Shown one piece after another: positions 19,753-29,285 of a stretch of 64,000 nucleotides of DNA. The notes beneath the pieces were generated by a model. The model searched no databases and was not told where the DNA came from. It saw nothing but the letters and a program-made list of their open reading frames with translations. Every line of letters begins with the position of its first letter. Position 1 is the first letter of the stretch. A program made the translations under genes and the position numbers. Location of the stretch: positions 21,358 through 85,357 of the forward strand of contig JBFWJS010000003.1 of NCBI GenBank assembly GCA_050253075.1, read 5' to 3'. Source of the DNA: Deferribacterales bacterium (lineage in GTDB: Bacteria; Chrysiogenota; Deferribacteres; Deferribacterales; Geovibrionaceae).

Positions 19753-19843
19753 AATAGCCTCCTTAGTGTTATGATTTTGAAACCATACAAAGGCATATTT
19801 ATGTCCCTGTGCAGGGTTTAAATATGCCCCTGCATTGGGTAGG
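19750..19843 (-). promoter_or_regulatory. Structured 5' leader with alternative pairings covering the RBS (copy 2)
   Basis: 17-bp helix (19819-19835 with 19785-19801, three G-U pairs) competes with a 7-bp local hairpin and with an anti-RBS pairing. Confidence 0.6.
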
Positions 19844-20322
19844 TTAATTCGATACAAGAGAAACAAATGATCGGTGGTGTTCCGACTTGTCCGCTATTAG
19901 CGGATCATCCAAAAGGATGTAGAAATGTATATATGCTAGTTAGATTATACTTTTATATCAAGATAGATTGTTTCAATCAAAGTCAAATTAATAGTAAAAA
20001 AGAGTGTTTTATTATAAAATTATATTGTTAATAATTATTTTATAGCTAATTATTAATCGTGAATGTTGCCCTTATTGATAACAGTGTTGTTAGAAGACAC
20101 AGAATGCAATAAAGCAGTTAATCGCATATATTGTCTTGGTAATGGCCTGATTTGAAAACACTTTGTAATATTTTTGAGCTTAGAATGTATTTGCGAGTAA
20201 GTTTTCGAAAATTATAATGTTTTCAAGTGGCAAGCTAGTGACAACCGACTCACATTATGGCATTATTTTTAGTATTATATGTCTCAGTATGTAATAATAT
20301 ATAAAAACAATGAGAAAAAATC

Positions 20323-23300
20323 ATGCAAAACGATAATGTTAATCAAATAGACCAGCTTCTTAACTCTAGAATTCCAATAATGCTATTTATTGGCAAAGAA
20401 CCTAAAGATATTGACCCCTCCATATTAGCCCTACCTTGGAGTTGTGTTGTAACAACCTCTGTGGACGTTAGTTTGCAGTATTGTTTTGAGATAAAAGATA
20501 AGAGACGACCTATCGTAATAACAAACAGCCACGATATGCTTGGCTCTGCTAAACTAAATCAACGAGAATTAAACATTGTATACTTATACGGCGAAGAAGA
20601 TCAAAGTAACTTGTCTGCAATAAACAAACAACGCAAAAAAAATAATGCACTTGATATGTTAAAAATTATTCCAGATATGCTGAATAGTGCTTTTGGGGCT
20701 CTTTTTGTAATAAACTATAACCCAGACTACAAAGATGAAATTCAGTTTGAAAACTTAATAGACACTGTAGATAGTATCAAAAATAAACCAGTTTACTTTT
20801 TTGGTATAAGTCAGCAATTAGCGAACAATCAATTATTTAATGAAATGCAGGCAGAAAATTGTATAGTAGGGGACACAGGAGAACTGCAAGATTTAGTAGA
20901 ATTAACAGATGAACAAGATGATTTATTAGAAGAAGGTGAACTGTTAGATGATGATAAAGTTTATTATTATTCAAATGGGAAAAGGCACAGTATTACTACA
21001 GGGGAACTTTTTGAGACCAAGAGTTTTGCCAAATTACTTAATGAAACTGAAATAGGGATAATAAATTTTCCAAACCACTTAAGAAACGATTATTTCTATC
21101 ACTTTCTTAAAGAAAGTGCAAAAAGGCCTATTTGGTTTGGATATGAAAATCACTTTAACCTCGTCAGGGATTATGAAAGAAAACTAAATGATTTGGTCTA
21201 TGCCTCACTTAACTCTAAAGAAATTAAGCAAAAACCTATTCTTGTCTTAGGGCAAACTAGTAGTAGTAAAAGTATCGTATTATCTAACCTAGCATATACT
21301 TTATTCAAAGCGCATGATCATCCTGTAGTATTTATTAACAATAAAGACATTAGTTTTGATATTAACAGCTCAAATTTTAATGCTCTTGATAGCTTGCTAT
21401 ATAAAATTGAAGAACACGGTGCAACTAGAGTTGTTTTAATTTGGGACAATTCTTCTTCGTCAGTGAACGAAATCACAGCTACAGAAAAACTATATACAGG
21501 CCTCATAAACAGAGGCCGGAAGGTTGTCTTGATTAGCTCCGCTTATCAACAAATAAACATTTATCGTAACAAAATTGATAAGTTTTTCAAGGTTATTAAT
21601 GCTGAAATAAAATTATCGAAAGAAGAAAAAGAGAGATTAAGTGAACTTGTATTAAGTAACAGCCGGGTACCACAAGACGTGTTCCAGAGATGGATACAAT
21701 CTGAACATGAAGACAACTTGCTTACTTTACTTTATTCACTATTAATGGAATATACGGGTAGTGGGATTATTCAAGGGGTCAAAAATGAGATTGACAAAGG
21801 CATGTCGAGTTTGCTTAATGCTCTTAGTAAGCTACCAAAGCAGGCTGAACGTAATAAAACGTCTATACTCGCTCAGGCTTTTGCAGATGCTGGTTATAAA
21901 CTAAAAGGACATTCTGGAGGAGCACCAAGTACTATTGATATCGAAACAATAGAACATTCTCTGAGAGAGTTTTGCAAAATTGTTGCTATAAGTTATCAAC
22001 ATAATATCATGTTACCTGTCTATCTCGTTGTCAAGTGTTCAGGCTTGGACATTGACAGTAATTTCTATCTAATTCAAGAGACACTTTTTAGCATCCCATT
22101 CTTAAAAGTTATAACGAGAGAAGAAGATAGTTCTGATTTTGACTACGCTATTGGGTTCAGGACGCCTTTAGAGGCAAATCTATACTTAAAAAGCATTGAA
22201 ACTACTCCTGAACAAGAAATAGCTTGTATTACAAATCTAATCCTCAATATTTCTCATTCTAATCAATACAGTAAATTCTCTGAGGTTTCATCTATAGATA
22301 AATTAATTCGCACTATTGGCCCTAATACAATTAAGCCTGAAGTAAGAACAAGGTATCGTAGCTACTATTATAAAGTAATTGATGCTCTTCAAGAATTAAG
22401 AGCTCAATCAAAAATATTTGACCCAAAATTAATATGTCAAGAAGTCACTTGGGTTAGAGAAGTTTATGGTAATCAGATTGAACAAGAATTTGAATACGAA
22501 CTCCGAGTAAACAAATTACAAGAAGCATCAGTTTTGGCTAATAAAACATTATCAAATCTTGAGTCGCCGAATATTACTTACCACGAACTGATAACAAGAC
22601 ATAACCTGATAGTAGAAACAGCCTTTATAGAGTGGAAACTATATGAGCTTGTTAAACAAAACACTTCATCAAGCAGTGACAGTAGTTCGCAAATAACTTT
22701 CAACTATGATGAACTACTTAATTCATTAAAAGAAGTTATATATAATGACCCTACCAACAGCTATCCAGCAAATGCACTACTTAAATTATTTAAAGCATTG
22801 TATTTGAATAATAACATTAATACGCAAAATAAACTTAAATACCTAGACGAAATTTTAACTATAATTAACAATATCGACAATGCTACAGATGAGGCATTTA
22901 TAGATAACGAAGAGTATCTTGAGCACAAAAGCCACGTTATTGAATATTTAAGCTCTAAAAAGTATGAAAAATACCTAGATGAGCTTATTGCTGCCGCCCC
23001 GTCTGTAGGATTACATCTTAAAGCAAGGAAATTAATAGTAAATGCTAACATTGATGTTAAAAAGCCGCTAGACAATAATCAAATTCTTGTTGCACATGAA
23101 ATTATTACAATGCTTAACAAGAATGAAGAATCTGTATCAAAGCATGAAGGCTGTCTTCTTTTAAAATTAAATTTACTTTGGCTAATATATAATGATTCTC
23201 CAATTTTTACTGGTAAAGAAAAGCAGTTTACACAAATGAATCTGGAACATTGGAAAGATATTAATAAAATATGCAGACAGTATGAAGAGCACATCTTAAA

Positions 23301-23694
23301 AAGTGGAAAAAACCAGGTTAACTCTCCATTTATGTACTATCTGCTTGGCTTATCTTATGCCCAGATTGAAGACTACCCAAGCAGCAATGAAGCTTTCAAA
23401 AAGATTAAGGAGTCATTATTTTTTCGGCAAGTTAGAAATAAGGTCTGGCACATCATTTGTGACGAAAATGGTGTGCCTAAAAAATTTCGTGGTTCGTTAA
23501 GCGAAAATTACTACGATAGCTCTACCAGAAAAGGCTTTGCAAAGCTTGAAGCAATTCATACGAGTAAAGGTGGCGTCTTTTTTTATGGCCCGAATATGAA
23601 AACTGCAAAATATAGTGGCAGTTTTTCTGATATTGAAGTTGGTACAAGCTACATAGGTTTTGAGGCATTCAGAAAGTTGGAAGAGAACAAGTAG
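20323..23694 (+). CDS. Large multidomain protein: Sir2-like N-terminus, STAND-like P-loop NTPase, helical repeats, C-terminal OB-like domain (Avs-like)
   Basis: LPWSCVVTTSVD (cf. Sir2 TTNYD); ILVLGQTSSSKS (variant Walker A); VVLIWD (Walker B); long helical C-terminal half; AT-rich cargo gene. Confidence 0.62.
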   Translation: MQNDNVNQIDQLLNSRIPIMLFIGKEPKDIDPSILALPWSCVVTTSVDVSLQYCFEIKDKRRPIVITNSHDMLGSAKLNQRELNIVYLYGEEDQSNLSAINKQRKKNNALDMLKIIPDMLNSAFGALFVINYNPDYKDEIQFENLIDTVDSIKNKPVYFFGISQQLANNQLFNEMQAENCIVGDTGELQDLVELTDEQDDLLEEGELLDDDKVYYYSNGKRHSITTGELFETKSFAKLLNETEIGIINFPNHLRNDYFYHFLKESAKRPIWFGYENHFNLVRDYERKLNDLVYASLNSKEIKQKPILVLGQTSSSKSIVLSNLAYTLFKAHDHPVVFINNKDISFDINSSNFNALDSLLYKIEEHGATRVVLIWDNSSSSVNEITATEKLYTGLINRGRKVVLISSAYQQINIYRNKIDKFFKVINAEIKLSKEEKERLSELVLSNSRVPQDVFQRWIQSEHEDNLLTLLYSLLMEYTGSGIIQGVKNEIDKGMSSLLNALSKLPKQAERNKTSILAQAFADAGYKLKGHSGGAPSTIDIETIEHSLREFCKIVAISYQHNIMLPVYLVVKCSGLDIDSNFYLIQETLFSIPFLKVITREEDSSDFDYAIGFRTPLEANLYLKSIETTPEQEIACITNLILNISHSNQYSKFSEVSSIDKLIRTIGPNTIKPEVRTRYRSYYYKVIDALQELRAQSKIFDPKLICQEVTWVREVYGNQIEQEFEYELRVNKLQEASVLANKTLSNLESPNITYHELITRHNLIVETAFIEWKLYELVKQNTSSSSDSSSQITFNYDELLNSLKEVIYNDPTNSYPANALLKLFKALYLNNNINTQNKLKYLDEILTIINNIDNATDEAFIDNEEYLEHKSHVIEYLSSKKYEKYLDELIAAAPSVGLHLKARKLIVNANIDVKKPLDNNQILVAHEIITMLNKNEESVSKHEGCLLLKLNLLWLIYNDSPIFTGKEKQFTQMNLEHWKDINKICRQYEEHILKSGKNQVNSPFMYYLLGLSYAQIEDYPSSNEAFKKIKESLFFRQVRNKVWHIICDENGVPKKFRGSLSENYYDSSTRKGFAKLEAIHTSKGGVFFYGPNMKTAKYSGSFSDIEVGTSYIGFEAFRKLEENK

Positions 23695-23695
23695 G

Positions 23696-24586
23696 ATGGA
23701 TAAAGCAATAATTAGCAGAGCTAAAAACTCAATAGCTTTTAACTTAAACAAAATTGATTCATTGAATAAGTCCGTTGCTAAACTTGATGCAAGATTGTAT
23801 GCATTCGCATACTATGAGCCTATAGCTATTTCTGAATGCGGTAACTATAGGTTTAATTTTAATATCGCAATACTTAATCTTCATGCTTTATTATGGGACT
23901 GTGGCACTATGGTTAGAGATAAAATATTAAATAAATATTATAAACTGCGTCCCACATCTTTAATAAAAATAACTTCTCCATTTATTGATGACATTGATAG
24001 ATATTATAGTGTAATCCATAATATTCGAACACATTTATGTCACAATAACAGTCAAGAATATTATTATAATAAGCAGTGTTACAGCATGGTAAAAAACTAT
24101 TACTTATCAAAGTGTAACAATGCGACCCCCGATATTGCTAACTCATCTGATGACTGGAAGTTGTTGTTTAATGATATTATTGACATTGCTGAATACATTG
24201 AAACTAAAATGAGTGAAACCATAAGAAAGTTTACGTTACTACCTCCTGTAGACAAATCTGAAGTGATTAATTTTTGGCTTAATAGCATTAAAGAGTATTA
24301 TGCAAATGACAGTGAAATGATATTAGATACGCTTACTTACAAGTATCTAATATCTCCTTCTTTCATACAAACGGCACCGGTAACTAAAAATTCAGTAAAA
24401 AAATGGGTAGGCCTCAAATGGAACAGCTTAACTAATCGTCGTATACCTTATAGAGACTCTTACAATGATTATATTCAAGTGTGTAAAACTAGAATCGGCA
24501 CGGCATTGAATAATACTAACTGCCCAAGACCAGCCTTGCCTTTAGATATTTATCATGCAGTTACTTCAGAAGCGGATCATTTCTAA
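23696..24586 (+). CDS. Hypothetical protein with HEPN-like Rx4H motif
   Basis: IHNIRTHLCHN in a predicted helical context; ATG 1 nt after the upstream stop. Confidence 0.55.
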   Translation: MDKAIISRAKNSIAFNLNKIDSLNKSVAKLDARLYAFAYYEPIAISECGNYRFNFNIAILNLHALLWDCGTMVRDKILNKYYKLRPTSLIKITSPFIDDIDRYYSVIHNIRTHLCHNNSQEYYYNKQCYSMVKNYYLSKCNNATPDIANSSDDWKLLFNDIIDIAEYIETKMSETIRKFTLLPPVDKSEVINFWLNSIKEYYANDSEMILDTLTYKYLISPSFIQTAPVTKNSVKKWVGLKWNSLTNRRIPYRDSYNDYIQVCKTRIGTALNNTNCPRPALPLDIYHAVTSEADHF

Positions 24587-24685
24587 ATTATTATAAAGAG
24601 GTAGCTCCAGAAATCTGTGCAGTAGCCAAAATGAAAATCCATATTGAAAGCTTATGCATAAAGCAAAGCGCAGAATTCTAACTTT

Positions 24686-24982
24686 TCATTGTAACTCCTT
24701 AACCGTCTTATATTTATACCCGCACTTGGAGTTGATTTTCTCCACTGTGGATTCGAGGGCACGGCAGTTGGCGTAGAATTCGTTCAGGAGAGTCTGTACC
24801 TCTTCTACAGAGAAACCGTCCTGGAGCAGGTTGCGTTTAAGAGTACTGATGCCGATGTCAGCCTGAGAGAGGATAAGGACGAGCATATGGCTTTCCGGCG
24901 TTCTGGTGAAGACAACTTTTGTGTCCGGGCGTTTCGCGAGCTCTATCTTCTTTTCTACGATACTTTTCTTACCTGCGGCCAT
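24686..24982 (-). CDS. Hypothetical ICE protein (weak resemblance to DUF1845/AcaB)
   Basis: GGAG RBS; last gene of the minus-strand tra operon; VVFTRTPESHMLVLILSQAD. The resemblance is tentative. Confidence 0.55.
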   Translation of the reverse strand: MAAGKKSIVEKKIELAKRPDTKVVFTRTPESHMLVLILSQADIGISTLKRNLLQDGFSVEEVQTLLNEFYANCRALESTVEKINSKCGYKYKTVKELQ

Positions 24983-25673
24983 ATGGTCTTCTCCTGTCAT
25001 TTTTTCTGTTTTCAGAGGCGATGTAACTGCCCCAGCAGAGCACTATAAAAATCAGGGCCGTGAGCAGCATCATCCACGAACTGCTCAGCAGCACTGGGCG
25101 GATATCCCGCACCCAGTAATAAATTTCCTTCCGGAAAACTGAGCTGACTCTGGTCATTTTATTCAGCACGCTGTACAGATTCGCATCTGTTATAACCACA
25201 TAATAGACAAAGTGGTAAAAGGCGGCACTGGAGACAGCCTTTATAAAGCTCCCCGTCGTCGCTCCCCAGAATAAATTATTCAGCATCAGTTTTGTGACTC
25301 TGCCTGCGTTAAACTTTGCGGCATAAGTGAAAAACAGTGCATAAACCAGACTGAACGATATCGTCATAACAAACACATATCCCCTGTCGAAGAGCGTCGG
25401 AACCCTATGCCCGAAAACCGGAATCTTTGCCTGTATAACCCCCACAAAAAGAGGCATCAGAAGCATCATCAATAAACCGCCGTGTATGACGGTCTTCATA
25501 CCGAGCCAGAAATACTCCATCCGCATGTCGATTGTGTAGTAATCTTCCGGAATGACAGAGCCGCCGGACTCTGCGACGGAATATCTCTGAATCTCTCCGA
25601 TAACCTCAAGCAGCCCCGCAGGCTTATGCCTCTCCTGCGCAGTTTCTATTGGGATAACTTCTGTTTCAGCCAT
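24969..25673 (-). CDS. Hypothetical multi-pass membrane protein
   Basis: About four hydrophobic segments; overlaps both neighbours. Confidence 0.75.
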   Translation of the reverse strand: MAETEVIPIETAQERHKPAGLLEVIGEIQRYSVAESGGSVIPEDYYTIDMRMEYFWLGMKTVIHGGLLMMLLMPLFVGVIQAKIPVFGHRVPTLFDRGYVFVMTISFSLVYALFFTYAAKFNAGRVTKLMLNNLFWGATTGSFIKAVSSAAFYHFVYYVVITDANLYSVLNKMTRVSSVFRKEIYYWVRDIRPVLLSSSWMMLLTALIFIVLCWGSYIASENRKNDRRRPYGRR

Positions 25674-25914
25674 AAATGAGCCTCATAATAATTATTCTGA
25701 TACCCGTGCCGTATGCCATGCATGCCGCAATGATTATGCATACTGTTCCGGCGATTACGTTCCGCCTTTTAAAGGAGAACCAGAGCGCAAAAAAGATGAA
25801 CACAACCCCGATAATTTGCGCCCAGTGTCCTTTGATAATGCCGTTGTAAATCAGCCCGACAAATGAATTATACTGTTCCATACATTCTCCTGATAAATTT
25901 GAAAATTCTGCCAT
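25666..25914 (-). CDS. Small membrane protein, possibly pilin-like
   Basis: Two hydrophobic helices separated by KRR; lies in the tra operon. True start may be the internal MEQ. Confidence 0.55.
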   Translation of the reverse strand: MAEFSNLSGECMEQYNSFVGLIYNGIIKGHWAQIIGVVFIFFALWFSFKRRNVIAGTVCIIIAACMAYGTGIRIIIMRLIYG

Positions 25915-25995
25915 TCATGGAGAATTTTCTAACCGCTCGCGCCGAACAAGTCCGGCTTCGCTCCGCACGGCGACGCTCCATCCATGGAGCTTATT

Positions 25996-28164
25996 TTAAT
26001 CCTGACTGCAGATCATGTCTTTTGCCGCTTCGTACAGCGCACCGAAAGTAGTCACAACTTCACTGAAATGGTCTGTGCAGGAGCAGTTTTCTATCATAGT
26101 TTCATTAGAAGCATCGTAAGGACAGCTTCGCTCCATGGTGTTCCTGTCCACACCGCACGGACGCTCTTCAATTACTGGCGTATTCACGTCAGGCCTTGTC
26201 TGCTGATCCGGAAAAACCTCAGTATCAGTATTGCCTGTTTGGACAACGCAGCTGTATGTGCAGTTGTCAAAACTGTCAGTTTCGATGTCTATATTGCCTG
26301 CTGCCGTTTCGCCGTCGTTAAGATAATTGAAGTCGCCGGTGTCCCTGTCCAGAGTGGAGCCGATCATATCTGCCTGCGCCTTTGCATCAGAAAAGTCATA
26401 TCCGGCATCGGTCGTGCAGATATATGTCCGGCTTATTTTGTAACGCTCAAGGCCGTCATTTCTGGTTGATATAGTCCGTACAGTGTTGTCAGGGATAATC
26501 TGTGTTCCGGTGACAGAGGGGACATAAAGCAGTGAGGATGTGATATCGAACCTGTCACCGTAGTCGCAAATAATATATTTTCCGGCGGAGCCTGAATATT
26601 CATCACACACGGTGGCTGGCAATATGCCTGTGGCGTTGTAGTTCAGGTAGGTGTCATATTCGTCATTTACGGTTTCTTCGTATAGCTGGCATGATTCGTC
26701 GCCGGAATACAGAGCGCAGCTGTCTGTTCTCTGAACGCTGATTTCATCTTTGCCGCCGATTACTCCGGTCAGATAGGCATATCCTTCGCCCTCGCCGCCG
26801 ACAATGACATCAACGATAGCAGTGTTTACTCCGTTTATAAGGTAAGGCTTAACATCCACATCAACGCCGTAATTCCAGCTTTTACCAAGCTCGCACGAAC
26901 CTGAGTTTGTCTCTGTGTAATAAACTCTGTTATCTATTACATCAAGCCTGTCACCGCCTTTCGGGCCGACATATGCTACATGGCCGTTGATAGTGATTTT
27001 TATCCAGTCGTCAAACACAAGCCTTGTGAGCTTGAATTCCGATACCTCGTCCAGGTCTTCTATATAGAATTCCGTGGTTTTGGAATAATGAGCGCAGTAG
27101 CCGCTCCAGTAGTCGTTTCCTTTTTTGCCTATTACTACTTCAACGAGTTCCGCCGGTGTGGACGCTATCGCAGGAGTATTTGTTATGGTGCAGTCGTTTG
27201 ATTCTGTCTGAGTGTTGTTTTGCGCCATGACAGTGTTGTACATGCTGTCGGAGTCGGACATCTGGCTCAGAAGTTCGCTGTCATAGCTGATACTGCCTGT
27301 CTGGTATGTTGCTTTAAGGCTGTCCACGCTATCATTGCTGTCTGTGCAGGACGCTGGGTCAACAGCCATGTACTTTACAGACATGGTGGCTGTATCAAAT
27401 TTTGTATCGCTTACCGCTATGTCCAGCTCGTTCATAAGGTGGCCGGAAATGCCTCCGCCGAAATATCCCAGTGCTTCGTTAAAGGCTGCATTGAATGAGG
27501 AGCCGCAGGAAGCGTTTGAGCAGAAACATCCGCCGACATGACGCATCTGCAGGTAGCTCCGCTCAACTGCTCTTACACGGTCTTCTGCTGGCTGACAGAC
27601 ACCGCCGCAGGCGTTCTTGCACTGTCTGTATGTGTCGTAAGTGGTGCTGCCGCATTTATGCCTTATCCCGAATTCAAAATATCTACATCCGTTCCATGAA
27701 CCGGAAGGGGAGCAGCTTACATATCCGTTTGTACAAAATCCTGAGACCGGCAGTGTTGTGAAATTGGAATCCGGTGTTCCGTCAAGGTCAGCGTCATAAC
27801 TGACCCGAAGCTGAACTTCTCCGCCGGATACGAAGTTGACCGGATTGACAGTTAAAACTTCTGTCTGAGAATTGCACTGCAACTCTATGTCGAAGTTATT
27901 TTCCACGCAGGCTTCAGAACAGTTATCAGCGCATTCGTCGGCGGATGTGTAGACAGTATCTGTTGCAGGGCACTTCCATGAGTCTGAAAGTGTGGACATC
28001 TTTTCACTGGTCATCATCGGGTTAAAGAGCGTCTGCTTTGCGCTGTCTGCGTTTCCGTGCAGGTCAACCATCTCCTTACCCAGATTATTACCGTCTGTCT
28101 TTCCTTGCTCAGCAATTGACAATAGCGGAATCAAAAGTATTACCACGATAAGCCTACTTATCAT
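25996..28164 (-). CDS. Cys-rich secreted TraN-like protein (N-terminal-type domains)
   Basis: Signal peptide; FDDWIKITINGHVAYVGP motif as in large TraN proteins; many Cys pairs; follows trbC. Confidence 0.7.
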   Translation of the reverse strand: MISRLIVVILLIPLLSIAEQGKTDGNNLGKEMVDLHGNADSAKQTLFNPMMTSEKMSTLSDSWKCPATDTVYTSADECADNCSEACVENNFDIELQCNSQTEVLTVNPVNFVSGGEVQLRVSYDADLDGTPDSNFTTLPVSGFCTNGYVSCSPSGSWNGCRYFEFGIRHKCGSTTYDTYRQCKNACGGVCQPAEDRVRAVERSYLQMRHVGGCFCSNASCGSSFNAAFNEALGYFGGGISGHLMNELDIAVSDTKFDTATMSVKYMAVDPASCTDSNDSVDSLKATYQTGSISYDSELLSQMSDSDSMYNTVMAQNNTQTESNDCTITNTPAIASTPAELVEVVIGKKGNDYWSGYCAHYSKTTEFYIEDLDEVSEFKLTRLVFDDWIKITINGHVAYVGPKGGDRLDVIDNRVYYTETNSGSCELGKSWNYGVDVDVKPYLINGVNTAIVDVIVGGEGEGYAYLTGVIGGKDEISVQRTDSCALYSGDESCQLYEETVNDEYDTYLNYNATGILPATVCDEYSGSAGKYIICDYGDRFDITSSLLYVPSVTGTQIIPDNTVRTISTRNDGLERYKISRTYICTTDAGYDFSDAKAQADMIGSTLDRDTGDFNYLNDGETAAGNIDIETDSFDNCTYSCVVQTGNTDTEVFPDQQTRPDVNTPVIEERPCGVDRNTMERSCPYDASNETMIENCSCTDHFSEVVTTFGALYEAAKDMICSQD

Positions 28165-28888
28165 AAAAGCCCTGTTTAAGCTTTTTCAGCATGTCGCCAG
28201 CTATGACAATGCCGCTGTCTCTGAGCTTTTCCAGCGCATACTGAATTGAAACATCGCCTGACAGTTTGTAGTAGCTGTCCTCTGCGATAGGCTCTCCCAG
28301 AGTTACCTTTTTCATGACTTCGGAGTATGGCAGCGAAGAATGAACAAATGCAGGGACGGATTTGATATTAAAGGCTCTGAAGAGATACGGATTGATATCA
28401 ACCTTTGCCATGTCGCATTTGGTGCCTTCGGTGAAATCAGCAAGACCTTTCCCGCAGGATATACGAGCCACAAAGTCCACTGTGGGCATTATCTTATCTA
28501 TGCCGCCGATAACACCGTTGATAACCAGAAGTGCGCCGTCTAAATTTCTTACCGTATCAGTATAGTTCATCAGAGTCTTTTCAGGTATTGAAGAACTGAT
28601 GAAAATATAGAGGCTTTTATCCGGTATTTCAGAGTGGCATGTTTCTTCCTCTTCAGGCTTAAAGCCTTTGTTTTCTGCCATCTGCTTTTTATAATCAGAG
28701 ACCTTGTTCATAAGAGATTCATAGCCGGAATCTATAAATGCCTTTGCCTTGTCAAGCATCTCCTGATTGTCTGGCAGACTGATCTCCGGTTTTGTACTCT
28801 TTTTAATGCTGTCTATAGTCTCTTTCAGCGTTTCTGCGCTGGCAAAGCTAAAACAGAGGGTAAACAGTGCCAATAATATTACTTTCAT
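28154..28888 (-). CDS. trbC: F-type pilus assembly protein TrbC
   Basis: YIFISSSIP, INPYLFRAFNIKSVPAFV, GDVSIQYALE. Confidence 0.88.
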   Translation of the reverse strand: MKVILLALFTLCFSFASAETLKETIDSIKKSTKPEISLPDNQEMLDKAKAFIDSGYESLMNKVSDYKKQMAENKGFKPEEEETCHSEIPDKSLYIFISSSIPEKTLMNYTDTVRNLDGALLVINGVIGGIDKIMPTVDFVARISCGKGLADFTEGTKCDMAKVDINPYLFRAFNIKSVPAFVHSSLPYSEVMKKVTLGEPIAEDSYYKLSGDVSIQYALEKLRDSGIVIAGDMLKKLKQGFYDK

Positions 28889-29285
28889 CTAAGAATCCCC
28901 ATATGCGGCTGTCGTATGAACGTTCATGAGAGCCGACTGCAAATATTTTTCCTTCAGGTATTATGCCGGAGAAGTTGAATTTCATTTTGTCCGGGTCTTT
29001 TCTGATTGCGATGTATTCACCGTCACAGATAAAGGCAAGGTCGGTAGTAAGAAGCTCCATGCCGGAGAGGCAGGCGGCTTTTTTCACCAGTTTGGAATTT
29101 TCCGGCAGTATGCCGAGCGGGTCATTTTCAGCACTAAAGATGATATAGTCGCCTTTATGCACGTCATGACCTCTTGTGAAGGCATACCATGTGAACCATA
29201 CAGACTCTGAAGTGTTCCTGCCCAGATGCATACTGATTGTGATGATCACAGCTATGATCAAAAGCAGCGGTAATATTCTTTTCAT
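28848..29285 (-). CDS. S26-family signal peptidase (pilin-processing, TrhF-like)
   Basis: NTSESV (catalytic Ser), LVKK (Lys), SYDSRIWG. Confidence 0.85.
   Translation of the reverse strand: MKRILPLLLIIAVIITISMHLGRNTSESVWFTWYAFTRGHDVHKGDYIIFSAENDPLGILPENSKLVKKAACLSGMELLTTDLAFICDGEYIAIRKDPDKMKFNFSGIIPEGKIFAVGSHERSYDSRIWGFLDESNIIGTVYPLF

Noticed and set aside
19753..19866. N-terminal extension of the SSB-like ORF
   Set aside because: A strong RBS precedes 19752 and the extension coincides with the structured leader.
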